Source of the DNA: an uncultured Gammaproteobacteria bacterium
GTDB taxonomy: Bacteria > Patescibacteriota > Patescibacteriia > UBA11705
Length of the DNA: 64,000 nucleotides
Direction: 5' to 3'
Assembly: GCA_964413735.1 (NCBI GenBank)
Contig: CAYPSS010000004.1
Span: 39,538-103,537, forward strand
A model generated the notes under the pieces. It searched no databases and was not told the origin of the DNA. It saw only the letters and a list, made by a program, of their open reading frames with translations. Position numbers and translations under genes: made by a program. This document shows positions 7,546 to 16,881 of this stretch, one piece after another (the first letter of the stretch is position 1; each line of letters begins with the position of its first letter).

Positions 7546-9009
7546 TTATTTTTTAGTGAACTTGGTTAAAATATCTTTCCAAGTTTTATTTTTAAAAGCT
7601 GATATTCGTTGTTTGGCAGCGCGCGTTTTTACAAAGTTGAGCCATTCGGGGTTTGGTCCTTTACGATTTTTGTCCGGAATAATTTGAATTACATCACCGT
7701 TTTTCAGTATAGTATCCAGGCTGACATGTTGGTTGTTCACGAGCGCGCGATGACATTGATCGCCTAAGTTGGTATGAATATGATATGCAAAATCTACCGG
7801 TGTTGCGCCTTCCGGTAAATCCAGCACTTCACCTTGTGGCGTGAAAACAAAAATTCGATTTTGGAAAACATCAATTTTCGCACCTTCCAGGAATATATCA
7901 TTATCTTTTATGTCTTTTAACCATTTTACCAGATCTTGAACCCAGGCAACATCTTTTTTCGCTTTGTTTTGGTCTTTTAAGTTTTCTTTGTAACCCCAAT
8001 GAGAGGCAATACCGAATTCCGCTTGTTCATTCATTTCTTTGGTGCGAATTTGGAATTCCACGATTTCATGATTTTCACCAAAAACCGAAGTATGTAGTGA
8101 TTGATAACCATTGGGTTTTGGTTGGGCGATATAATCTTTGATGCGCCCTTTGACCGGTTTCCATAAACTATGGATTATTCCCATGACCGCATAACAATCG
8201 GCTAAATTATTAACAATAACACGAATGGCGACCAAATCATAAATTTGGTTGATATTGCGATTAAATCGTAATAATTTTCGATACAAACTGAAATAATGTT
8301 TATTGCGTCCGTAAATATCTACAATTTCTATTTCTTCATTTTGTAATTTACGAGATAAAGTCTTAATCATGGAGTTCAAAGTTTTCTCTTTACCCGGCGT
8401 TTGTTGTTTGATTAATTGCTCTACCCAGGTATATTCTTCCGGATAGGCATATTTAAACGCCGTATCCTCCAATTGAGCTTGGAGTTCTCCGATACCTAAG
8501 CGATTGGCAATCGGGGCGTAGATTTCCAAGGTTTCCAGGGCAATACGTTGTTGTTTATTGGCCGGAAGGGCATAAAGAGTGGATAGATTATGTAATCGAT
8601 CAGCAAACTTAATGATAATTACACGAATATCCTCGGCCATGGCAACAAACATTTTTCGTAAGTTTTCAATATAACGATCCATGCCTCGATATTTGATATT
8701 GCTTAACTTCGTGATACCACGAACAATTTGGGCGACTTCAGTGCCAAATTGATTTTCAATTTCTTCTAAGGTAATAGCGGTATCTTCCGGTACATCGTGA
8801 AGTAATCCGGCGATAATCATGTTGGTCGGTAAGCGCATTTCCGCCAAAGTTTGAGCGGTGGCTACTGAGTGAGTAATATAATTTTCACCGGTGGCGCGTT
8901 TTTGTCCTTGATGTGCTTTTTCCGCAAAATCATAAGCTAGCCTGATCATATCCAGATCAGCTTTGGGATTATTATTTTTGACTGTATTGAGTAATTGATT
9001 CAAGGACAT
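7546..9009 (-). CDS. rel: (p)ppGpp synthetase/hydrolase Rel (short form: HD + synthetase + TGS, no ACT/RRM domain)
   Basis: 487 aa. HD motif HDVPEDT, synthetase motifs (DLVAIRVIV, RIKDYIAQPKPNGYQSLHT), and a TGS domain FVFTPQGEVLDLPEGATPVDFAYHIH. Confidence 0.85.
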   Translation of the reverse strand: MSLNQLLNTVKNNNPKADLDMIRLAYDFAEKAHQGQKRATGENYITHSVATAQTLAEMRLPTNMIIAGLLHDVPEDTAITLEEIENQFGTEVAQIVRGITKLSNIKYRGMDRYIENLRKMFVAMAEDIRVIIIKFADRLHNLSTLYALPANKQQRIALETLEIYAPIANRLGIGELQAQLEDTAFKYAYPEEYTWVEQLIKQQTPGKEKTLNSMIKTLSRKLQNEEIEIVDIYGRNKHYFSLYRKLLRFNRNINQIYDLVAIRVIVNNLADCYAVMGIIHSLWKPVKGRIKDYIAQPKPNGYQSLHTSVFGENHEIVEFQIRTKEMNEQAEFGIASHWGYKENLKDQNKAKKDVAWVQDLVKWLKDIKDNDIFLEGAKIDVFQNRIFVFTPQGEVLDLPEGATPVDFAYHIHTNLGDQCHRALVNNQHVSLDTILKNGDVIQIIPDKNRKGPNPEWLNFVKTRAAKQRISAFKNKTWKDILTKFTKK

Positions 9010-9149
9010 GTATTTTTCTTAATGTTTATATTATAACATTATTTGTAATTTTAGCAATTTTAAGGAAATTTACAAATAAAAATGGTTATTTTAAAACCAA
9101 TATATTTTTAAAAAATTAATGATAAATATGAAGATTAATATTCTAAAGG

Positions 9150-9178
9150 TTGACAAAACAAAATATTTTTGCTATAAT
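9150..9178 (+). promoter_or_regulatory. Perfect sigma70 consensus promoter (TTGACA-17-TATAAT)
   Basis: ttgacaaaacaaaatatttttgctataat has an exact -35 and -10 with a 17-nt spacer. No protein-coding ORF lies downstream on the plus strand. Confidence 0.6.
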
Positions 9179-9184
9179 GGCGAT

Positions 9185-9250
9185 GTTGATGATAGGGACG
9201 AAAGTCTCAATTACCAGAAAGGCCTTGGGTTTCCGAGGTTTTTCTGTTTT
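9185..9250 (+). ncRNA. Candidate small RNA (about 66 nt) between the consensus promoter and an intrinsic terminator
   Basis: Predicted TSS is about 7 nt after the -10. Hairpin ccttgg-gttt-ccgagg is followed by uuuuucuguuuu at 9222-9250. Identity unknown; no match to tRNA, SRP, 6S or RNase P patterns that I can recognise. Confidence 0.2.
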
Positions 9251-9528
9251 AAACAAGAATTTTGATATAATAGTTCATAGTTTGTTGAAAATTATTTGAC
9301 ATTTTATTTATTATTATTTACATTTAAATTAAGATAGGTAAGACTTTTAACCTTACCGCACCAATAATCCGACAGTAATGTCGGATTTTGGTTTGGTGAT
9401 TGCTTTTTTATATAATAATGTTATGTTGTATTGGTAGGGTCCAGTGATACCCTATCATCAACAATGTAATTGGGGTTTCAATCCTGGCCCTACAAAAACA
9501 GTCCGTTGCGGATTGTTTTTTTGTAAGT

Positions 9529-9557
9529 AAAAAAATAGCCCGAAGGCTATTTTTTCG
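9529..9557 (-). terminator. Bidirectional terminator downstream of topA
   Basis: Hairpin atagcc-cgaa-ggctat flanked by an A7 run upstream and a T6 run downstream, immediately 3' of the topA stop (9566). Confidence 0.65.
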
Positions 9558-9565
9558 AAGATCTT

Positions 9566-11761
9566 TTATTGGCAATCAGGATTGGAGCATTTGGTTTTAT
9601 CTTTGCCGGCGACCATTAAAAGCGAATTACACTTCGGACATTTGTCCCCGGTGGGACGATTCCAGAGAACAAATTTACATTTGGGATAATTATTGCAAGC
9701 ATAAAATTGTTTGCGGGCTTTGGAAAAACGAGAAACAATTTCGCCGGTGCCACATTGCGGACAAGTTACGCCGGTACCATATTCTTTTTTCTTGATATAT
9801 TTACATTCCGGATAATTAGAACAACCAATGAATTTACCATAGCGTCCGGATTTTTCTACCAGACCGGCGCCACAATCAGGACACTTTTCATCCAAGGTAG
9901 TGGGCGGAATGATTTCGCCATTTTCATTTTTGGTTTCTTCGGCGAGGTTACGGGTATTTTTACAATCCGGATAATTTGAACAAGCTAGGAAGCGACCATA
10001 GCGTCCGGTTTTAATGACCATCGGTGATTGACATTTATCACAAATTTCATCGGTTGCTTCTTCGGTCAATTCTTTTTTTGTTAGTGATTTGGTTTTTTCT
10101 TCTAGGTTTTTAATAAATGGCGTATAAAATTCTTTGATTATGGGTTGCCATTTTTTCTCACCGTCTTCAATGCGGTCCAAGTCGCGTTCCATTTCCGCCG
10201 TAAAATCATAATCAACAATATCCGGGAAATGTTCCACTAAAATGTCATTAACCAGCATGCCCATTTCCGTGGGTTTGAGCGCCTTGCCTTCTTTGGTAAC
10301 ATAATCGCGTTCTTGAATCGTGGCAATGGTCGGCGCATAAGTGGAGGGTCGCCCAATGCCTTTTTCTTCCATGGCTTTGACCAATGTGGCTTCCGTATAT
10401 CGTGCCGGTGGTTCGGTAAAATGTTGGTTTGGTGTAATGGAATTATTTTTCACGGCATCGTTTTCTTTTAATTCCGGTAAATAATTTTCTTTTGTTGCGC
10501 TATAAACTTTTTGGAAACCATCAAATTTAACTGTTTGGCCGGTGGCGCGGAAAATATATTTATTTGAATTATCAACAATATCAACCGCGGTGGCCGCAAT
10601 AATGGCCGGAGTCATCTGACAAGCCAAAGTGCGTGACCAAATTAATTTGTAAAGTTTATATTGTTTTTCATCTAAATAGGGTTTAACCGATTCCGGTGTT
10701 TTTTCAATATGCGTGGGTCGAATGGCTTCATGAGCTTCTTGCGCACCCTTGGATTTGGTTTTATAAAAAATCGGTTTTGCCGGAGCATATTGGTCACCGT
10801 AAGTTTGTTTAATGAAATCATGAGTGGCACTCAAAAATTGAGCGGACAAATTCATGGAATCAGTTCGCATGTAGGTAATTAAACCAACAGCTTCACCGCC
10901 CAGTTTAATACCTTCATACAATTGCTGGGCCACCATCATGGTTTGTTTGGCGCCCATGTTTAATTTATTGTTAGCCGCTTGTTGTAAAGTGGAAGTGGTA
11001 AAAGGTGTAGGAGGGTTTTTCTTTTGATCTTTAATTTCAATTTGAGAAATTTTATAAGTGGCAGATTTTAAATCAGTTAAAATTTTATCAGCTTGTTCTT
11101 GATTTTTAATGGATAGTTTTTTCAAAGTTTTTCCATCAACCGCATGAAGTTTAGCTTCAAAAGTCGCTTCATCCTTGGCGAAAAGCGCATCAATGGTCCA
11201 ATACTCATCTTTTTTAAAAGTCTCGCGTTCGCGTTCACGTTCAACAATTAAGCGCACGGCTACACTTTGAACACGTCCGGCTGACAATCCTTTGGCCACT
11301 TTTTTCCAGAGAAAAGGCGAAAGTTTATAACCAACCAAGCGATCCAAAATGCGACGCGCTTGTTGAGCGTCAATTAAATTCATATCCAAATCACGAGGAT
11401 TACTCAGCGCTTTCTCGATTGCACTTTTGGTGATTTCGTGAAAAGTAATGCGTTGATATTTTTTTGGTTTCAAAACCTCTCGTAAATGCCAAGAAATCGC
11501 TTCTCCTTCGCGGTCTTCGTCAGTGGCAAGAATGATATTATCAGCTTTGCTGGCGAGTGATTTTAATTTCATTACTTGTTTTTTGGCTTTAACTGGGATG
11601 ACATATTTTGGCTCAAAGTTATTATCCACATCAACGCCCAGTTCCTTTTGTGGTAAATCCGAAATATGGCCGAATGATGATTCGACTTTATAATCACGAC
11701 CGAGAAACTTAGTAATGGTCTTGGCTTTGGTGGGTGACTCAACAATGACGAGATTATACAT
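9566..11761 (-). CDS. topA: DNA topoisomerase I
   Basis: 731 aa. N-terminal TOPRIM (IVESPTKAKTI), the topo IA core, and multiple C-terminal C4 zinc ribbons (CxxC...CxxC repeated). Confidence 0.9.
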   Translation of the reverse strand: MYNLVIVESPTKAKTITKFLGRDYKVESSFGHISDLPQKELGVDVDNNFEPKYVIPVKAKKQVMKLKSLASKADNIILATDEDREGEAISWHLREVLKPKKYQRITFHEITKSAIEKALSNPRDLDMNLIDAQQARRILDRLVGYKLSPFLWKKVAKGLSAGRVQSVAVRLIVERERERETFKKDEYWTIDALFAKDEATFEAKLHAVDGKTLKKLSIKNQEQADKILTDLKSATYKISQIEIKDQKKNPPTPFTTSTLQQAANNKLNMGAKQTMMVAQQLYEGIKLGGEAVGLITYMRTDSMNLSAQFLSATHDFIKQTYGDQYAPAKPIFYKTKSKGAQEAHEAIRPTHIEKTPESVKPYLDEKQYKLYKLIWSRTLACQMTPAIIAATAVDIVDNSNKYIFRATGQTVKFDGFQKVYSATKENYLPELKENDAVKNNSITPNQHFTEPPARYTEATLVKAMEEKGIGRPSTYAPTIATIQERDYVTKEGKALKPTEMGMLVNDILVEHFPDIVDYDFTAEMERDLDRIEDGEKKWQPIIKEFYTPFIKNLEEKTKSLTKKELTEEATDEICDKCQSPMVIKTGRYGRFLACSNYPDCKNTRNLAEETKNENGEIIPPTTLDEKCPDCGAGLVEKSGRYGKFIGCSNYPECKYIKKKEYGTGVTCPQCGTGEIVSRFSKARKQFYACNNYPKCKFVLWNRPTGDKCPKCNSLLMVAGKDKTKCSNPDCQ

Positions 11762-11982
11762 AATAGATAAATAAATTTAATTAATTTAATTTTTGTTTTT
11801 GAGTGTAAAATATAAAACTAACAAAATTATACAATAGTGTCAACTTATTGACAAATATTTAGTAAAATGATAATTTGTAATTCCTGACTTGGTGGATGCC
11901 AAGAATGGGAGCGTTTTTGGAACGTGAGGTCAAGAGGAGAATTTTGGTATTCAACAAAAACCCTTTTTAAGTGGAGGCGATT

Positions 11983-12465
11983 ATGGAATTTGTTGAACTG
12001 TGCGTGGTTGAAGATGCTGGTGTTAAATCTTTTCATTTGAAAGACGATTGGGGCCGTGAGATCAATTTAACTAGATTTTATCCGTATGAAGACTGTGATT
12101 TTGGTTGTATCTTGTTTCGTCGTGGTGCTGAAAATTTTGGCTACGTCGGTGTTGGTGAAAACGAATGGACTGCCCGAGTTTTTATCCTATATGGTCCTGA
12201 GAGGTTATGTCAATATGATTTAATCAGCGTTGATATGTTTGAGGTTGGTGATCGTGTTATCTTCTGGTTTCACAATTATTCGGAGGGAAATCCCTTGTCA
12301 TTTTTTGAGACTTACGCGGATATTGAAGTCCAGATTTTGAAACAGCGTGCGGTGGATCCTGATAATTTACAAATGAAAACTTTTCTTAAATATCTTGTCG
12401 ATAATATTGATGCTCGATTTGGTCAGCGTGAATCTAAAATCGAAGATGAGAAAGATGGGAATTAA
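11983..12465 (+). CDS. Hypothetical protein
   Basis: 160 aa from the ATG at 11983. The track ORF begins at GTG 11971, but GGAGG at 11974-11978 gives good SD spacing to 11983. No recognisable motifs. Confidence 0.45.
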   Translation: MEFVELCVVEDAGVKSFHLKDDWGREINLTRFYPYEDCDFGCILFRRGAENFGYVGVGENEWTARVFILYGPERLCQYDLISVDMFEVGDRVIFWFHNYSEGNPLSFFETYADIEVQILKQRAVDPDNLQMKTFLKYLVDNIDARFGQRESKIEDEKDGN

Positions 12466-12580
12466 GTCTTTGATATTTGGGAATCAATTTTTCATTTGAT
12501 TATGTTGATACTGTCGATGGTTTCTGTGATGCGGTGATGCAGTTGCTGAAGAATAACGGATTGTCGGTTAAGAAATCATA

Positions 12581-12613
12581 AAAAAATAACACAGCCAACG
12601 GCTGTGCTTTTTT
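12581..12613. terminator. Bidirectional rho-independent terminator
   Basis: Hairpin cacagcc-aacg-gctgtg with an A-run before and a T-run after; it lies between convergent genes. Confidence 0.65.
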
Positions 12614-12625
12614 AATAGGGGAAAA

Positions 12626-13876
12626 TTATTTTTTGGGGAAGTTGGTTTGCTTTTCCAATTGAGAGATTTCCGGAATCCAGTGCGAACGCAAATCCGAACA
12701 CAAGAAAAATGAGCCGGTAATTAAAATCAGGTCATTTTTCTTTGGTTTGTTGAGAGCAACGCGAAGCGCATCATGAGGGTCGATAAAAACATTTTTTGTT
12801 TTAAAATAATTAGCCAATTTTTGTGGCGCGAGCGCAGCCCGAAAAGGATTGAGAAAGCGGGTACAATAAACTTCTTGGGCCAGTGGTTTTAATGGTTTGA
12901 AAATTTCCTTGGGGTCACGATTTTCCGTTAAAGCGCAAATTAATTTCAAATTATATTTTGACAAGTCAAATGTTTCCTTTAATTTTTGTGTTAAAAATTT
13001 TATTTTATCAATATTATGCGCGCCATCAAGAATCACGATAGGTTTATTTTGCATGATTTCAAAGCGAGCGGGAATTGATAATGGTTGCTGCAAACTTTTG
13101 ATAATGGTTTTGTCGTTAATCCCCAAATGCTGAGCAAGATGCGTGGCAATCGCTTGATTAGGATCATCGGTAGTGAAAATCATTTCCAGCGATGCTTGGC
13201 GGCGATCAGCGACGCGTTGAATTATTTTTAAGGCATCGGGGTTACAAGTGGTGGTGATAACTGTCCCATGGGGTGGAATGATGCCCGCTTTTTCAAAAGC
13301 GATTTCCTCAATTGTGTCGCCTAAAATATGTTGATGATCAAGGCCAATATCAGTGATAATGGTAAACTCTTTTTTGCTAATGGCATTGGTGGCATCAAAG
13401 CGACCACCACAACCGGTTTCCAGAACTACCCAATCAACTTTTTGTTCTTTGAAGTAGAGTAAAGCGGCCATGGCCCAAGTTTCCGAATAAGCCGGCGCTC
13501 CATATTTTTGAGCCAATTTTTCGATCGTTGGTTTTAATTTTTCGGTTAAAGAAATAAATTGATTTACTGAAATGAATTTGGAATTAATTTGAATTTTTTC
13601 CGTTGGTACGGAAACAAAAGGGGAATAGTGCGTTCCGACTTTGAAACCAGCATTTTGTAAGATAGTGGAAATGTATTTGGCGGTTGAACCTTTGCCACTG
13701 GTGCCGGCAATATGAATTATATTGTAGGCTTGATCGGGATGGCCCAGCAGTTGTAAAAATTTTTTGGCGCGTTTGAAAGATTGGTGCGGATGGCGATTGA
13801 TATTTGGTGAAATATTGCTTAATGATTCGTAGAAATGAGTGGCATCTAAATATTTTTGATATAAATTTAAATTCAT
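12626..13876 (-). CDS. folC: Mur-ligase family folylpolyglutamate synthase/dihydrofolate synthase-like
   Basis: 416 aa. P-loop HIAGTSGKGST, Mur-ligase central and C-terminal pattern (DGAHN). Confidence 0.75.
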   Translation of the reverse strand: MNLNLYQKYLDATHFYESLSNISPNINRHPHQSFKRAKKFLQLLGHPDQAYNIIHIAGTSGKGSTAKYISTILQNAGFKVGTHYSPFVSVPTEKIQINSKFISVNQFISLTEKLKPTIEKLAQKYGAPAYSETWAMAALLYFKEQKVDWVVLETGCGGRFDATNAISKKEFTIITDIGLDHQHILGDTIEEIAFEKAGIIPPHGTVITTTCNPDALKIIQRVADRRQASLEMIFTTDDPNQAIATHLAQHLGINDKTIIKSLQQPLSIPARFEIMQNKPIVILDGAHNIDKIKFLTQKLKETFDLSKYNLKLICALTENRDPKEIFKPLKPLAQEVYCTRFLNPFRAALAPQKLANYFKTKNVFIDPHDALRVALNKPKKNDLILITGSFFLCSDLRSHWIPEISQLEKQTNFPKK

Positions 13877-15027
13877 ATTGATTTTTGGTGAGAATTTTTA
13901 ATAAAGTTCATGTTGCCAACATTGGTGACTTTGTTATTTAATTCCATAATCGTTAAAGTGGCATTAATCGTGGGAGCCGGTAAACCGGATAACGTGACGA
14001 TTTTATCAATGTGAGTCGGAGTATTGGTTAAAATATTTAGAATTTTTGCCTCAATTTCATTGCTCGGTTTGATTTCTTGTTTTGGGGTAAATAAAGTTGG
14101 TGGTGTTAGATTGAAAATTTCCACAATATCTTGAATTGAGGTGACCATTTTTGCCCCTTGTTTGATTAAATTATTGGTCCCAAGTGAATTATAACTGGAA
14201 ATATTACCGGGAATAGCCAAGACTTCACGATTTTGTTCCAAAGCATAATGAGCGGTAATTAAAGCTCCCGATGTTTCTCCGGCTTCGATGACCAAAACGC
14301 CCTTTGATAAACCGGAAATCAAGCGATTACGAATCGGGAAGTGATGTTTGAGGGGAAGAGTACCAATGGGAAATTCGGAAACAAGCAATCCGTTTTTTTC
14401 AATGATATTTTTTGCTAATTGACGATTATTACTGGGATAAATATTTTTTTCATCTAATCCCGAACCTAAAACCGCCACAGTGGTTAATTTGTTTTTTAAA
14501 GCAATAAGATGAGCTTGGGTATCTACTCCCAAAGCTAAGCCACTGATAATGTTAATGTTGTAATTGGTTAAGTCGTTTAGGAGTTCTTCAATTATTTGTT
14601 GTCCGTAAGAAGTCATGTGCCGCGTTCCAACAACGGCCAATGATTGTTCGTGATAGTTATTGAGGTTGCCTTTGATAAATAATACGGCGGGAGCGCCATA
14701 AATTTGTTTTAATAAAAAAGGATAATGGTCATCTTTAATGGTAATGGCTTGAACATTGTTTTGTTGTAATAATTCCAGTTCATGATTTGGATCGATATTT
14801 TTTCTTTTTAACAAAAAATCCTCAGCGAAATTTTCTTCCCAACCCGCTTCGATTAAATCACTGATGGTGGCTTGTTCCCAGGCGGTTTTCATGTCCGGGA
14901 AAAAATTGTACAGTTTTTTGAACCGAACAGCACCAATCTTGGGATTGCGGACAATGGCCAGCCAATATTTTAAATCAGTAGTCATAAATAATATGTTTAT
15001 TTTAGGTTTGATCAACGATTTTGTCAA
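13873..15027 (-). CDS. dprA: DNA processing protein DprA (Smf)
   Basis: 384 aa. Rossmann-like DprA core AVVGTRHMTSYG...ISGLALGVDTQAH...VLGSGLD. Overlaps folC by 4 bp. Confidence 0.85.
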   Translation of the reverse strand: MTKSLIKPKINILFMTTDLKYWLAIVRNPKIGAVRFKKLYNFFPDMKTAWEQATISDLIEAGWEENFAEDFLLKRKNIDPNHELELLQQNNVQAITIKDDHYPFLLKQIYGAPAVLFIKGNLNNYHEQSLAVVGTRHMTSYGQQIIEELLNDLTNYNINIISGLALGVDTQAHLIALKNKLTTVAVLGSGLDEKNIYPSNNRQLAKNIIEKNGLLVSEFPIGTLPLKHHFPIRNRLISGLSKGVLVIEAGETSGALITAHYALEQNREVLAIPGNISSYNSLGTNNLIKQGAKMVTSIQDIVEIFNLTPPTLFTPKQEIKPSNEIEAKILNILTNTPTHIDKIVTLSGLPAPTINATLTIMELNNKVTNVGNMNFIKNSHQKSI

Positions 15028-15100
15028 TGAAAAAGATAGTCGCTTGACATAATTTTTTTATTAAAATAACATTTTAGGGCAAAAGAATGGGGGGCCGTTT

Positions 15101-15487
15101 ATGACTGAGTTGATTGTTCAATCGTTTGAAGCACTGTGTTTCTTGGAGCCAGGGACTTTGGTGGAGTGGAAAAAAGGGACGAAAAGCTTGGGTTTTGCAA
15201 TTGTGATTTCGCCACTTCATTCCGTAGATCAAGATCGGCCGGAAAGTGAAAAACCAAACAAGTGTTTTCATCTGCAACAAAATTTTTGTTCAGCTAATAC
15301 TTTTGTTGAGGGTAGTTTTGTTCAGTTTGGGGTTGTACCAATTGTTCGGACAGTGAAGATCTCTCGTGATAATTTTCTTCAATTGGGAACATTTAAAATC
15401 GTTGGAAATAAGGCAAATATGTTGTCGTCATTTATTTCTTATGGAATTTGTAGATTGGAACATATGAATATAATTGACAATAAATGA
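15101..15487 (+). CDS. Hypothetical protein
   Basis: 128-aa ORF preceded by a TTGACA-17-TAACAT promoter-like sequence at 15041-15069. No motifs; could be spurious. Confidence 0.3.
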   Translation: MTELIVQSFEALCFLEPGTLVEWKKGTKSLGFAIVISPLHSVDQDRPESEKPNKCFHLQQNFCSANTFVEGSFVQFGVVPIVRTVKISRDNFLQLGTFKIVGNKANMLSSFISYGICRLEHMNIIDNK

Positions 15488-15708
15488 GGTGAAATTTTTT
15501 AGAGCATTAACAATGCTCTATTTTTGTATAAAAAATTTGTTCGTTTAGTGCACTTGACATAAATTGGATATTTGTTAAGTTATTAAGGCAATATTGGACA
15601 AGTTAATGCTTATCAGCTGGGAGAGGCTAGTATCCCCCTCCTATGCTAGTCCAGTACCCACAGTCAAACCTTTTGGTTTGCGCTGGTAAGCAGTAATTTG
15701 TTTAATAC

Positions 15709-15741
15709 GAAAAAAAACAGGCGATTTAGCCTGTTTTATAT
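15709..15741. terminator. Rho-independent terminator (serves the minus gene 15742..16071, possibly also plus-strand transcripts)
   Basis: Hairpin aacaggc-gattta-gcctgtt with A8 upstream and a T-run downstream. Confidence 0.6.
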
Positions 15742-16071
15742 TTAAAGATCAAGGTATAAAGTGGTAATACTCATGACGATTAAATAAATAAAAGCCATAA
15801 GCGCATTGAACCAAATGCAATCACGCGAATAAATAATATGATTATGCTTGCCACCCTTGGTAAAAATCAATGCCAGTAGCGAAGTTCCCAAATGCATGCT
15901 GAGTAAGTATGCCCACAAAAAATATTTTAGTTTAATCCATGGGAGATGGAAAATCAAACCAGTAAAAATGCTTGATAAAATTAACAGAGAAATGCTGGCG
16001 ATAAACCAATTGCGATGAGTTGATGATTGAAAATGTATTGTTTCAAAAGTCTTTGCTCTTACTTTAGTCAT
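15742..16071 (-). CDS. Hypothetical small membrane protein (3 TM)
   Basis: 109 aa, three hydrophobic helices; no motifs. Confidence 0.45.
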   Translation of the reverse strand: MTKVRAKTFETIHFQSSTHRNWFIASISLLILSSIFTGLIFHLPWIKLKYFLWAYLLSMHLGTSLLALIFTKGGKHNHIIYSRDCIWFNALMAFIYLIVMSITTLYLDL

Positions 16072-16206
16072 TTTGGCCTCGTTGTAAAAGAATACTAATT
16101 TATAATATTTTTTTATAATTTTGTCAATTGATTTTTGGGGAAATATAAGATAAGGTAACTTTATGATCTTTACAAAATATTTTTTTCCCCAAACAGGAGG
16201 ATTAAT

Positions 16207-16824
16207 ATGAATGTTTTGCTCGGTGTAAGCGGTTCAATGATTGGATTTTATTTAAATGAATTGATTGATATTTTGGATACGGCCGGTCATAATGTTAAGG
16301 TGGTGATGACGGCTGGAGGCGATGCCTTTTCTTTGCGAGAACATTTGTCGATTGATGTTTACAAGGATGAAAATATTTATAAATTGCCTTTTGAGTCGGG
16401 AAATGTTTTATTGCCATTAACTTTGGTTGATTGGGCTGATGTTTTGGTTCTTGTTCCCATGTCCGCCAATACCTTGGCGAAAGTTTCAACCGGTATTGCC
16501 GATAATTTGTTGACTATGGTAGTGCGTGATTGGGATCGGGAAAAACCATTGGTCTTGGTCCCTTGTATGAGTAAAAATGCTTGGAAAAATCCTTTGACCA
16601 GAGAACATCTTGAGGTCATTCGTCGTATTTTCAAAGTTAGAGTAATTGAGCCTCAAATTCATCCTCTGGGCCCCGGTTATATTGTTTTTGGTGATTTACA
16701 AGCGATTGTTTTGGCAATTAAACCGTTTACTTTAGAGGAAGATTGTGCGTTGCATGGTTGTCAGTGGCAAAAAGGCGATGATGGTTATTTTTGCGCTCGT
16801 TGTTTGCGGAAAATGAATTCTTGA
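16207..16824 (+). CDS. Flavoprotein of the HFCD family (CoaC/PPC-decarboxylase-like) with C-terminal Cys4 zinc-ribbon tail
   Basis: 205 aa. Flavin-binding fold with the PMSANTLAK signature (PASANT motif of CoaC/EpiD-type flavoproteins). C-terminal CALHGC...CARC. SD caggagga upstream. Confidence 0.65.
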   Translation: MNVLLGVSGSMIGFYLNELIDILDTAGHNVKVVMTAGGDAFSLREHLSIDVYKDENIYKLPFESGNVLLPLTLVDWADVLVLVPMSANTLAKVSTGIADNLLTMVVRDWDREKPLVLVPCMSKNAWKNPLTREHLEVIRRIFKVRVIEPQIHPLGPGYIVFGDLQAIVLAIKPFTLEEDCALHGCQWQKGDDGYFCARCLRKMNS

Positions 16825-16881
16825 AAAATAAATCCAATCTATAATAGTAGATTGGTTTTTTTATTTTTCTTCAAGTTAGTT

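Noticed and set aside
9184-9463. RNase P RNA or tmRNA in the long intergenic region downstream of the topA stop
   Set aside because: The 5'/3' 14-bp complementarity suggested a P1-like helix. But the interior is about 80% AT with no P4-type GGAAAGUCC / ACAGNRA motifs or tRNA-like TΨC arm, and it is interrupted by terminators.
13873-13876. 4-bp ATGA stop/start overlaps (folC/dprA 13873, der/LCP 18807, GatB-YqeY/large protein 23264, decarboxylase alpha/beta 51411, beta/MTase 51986)
   Set aside because: Common translational coupling in compact genomes; not unusual.
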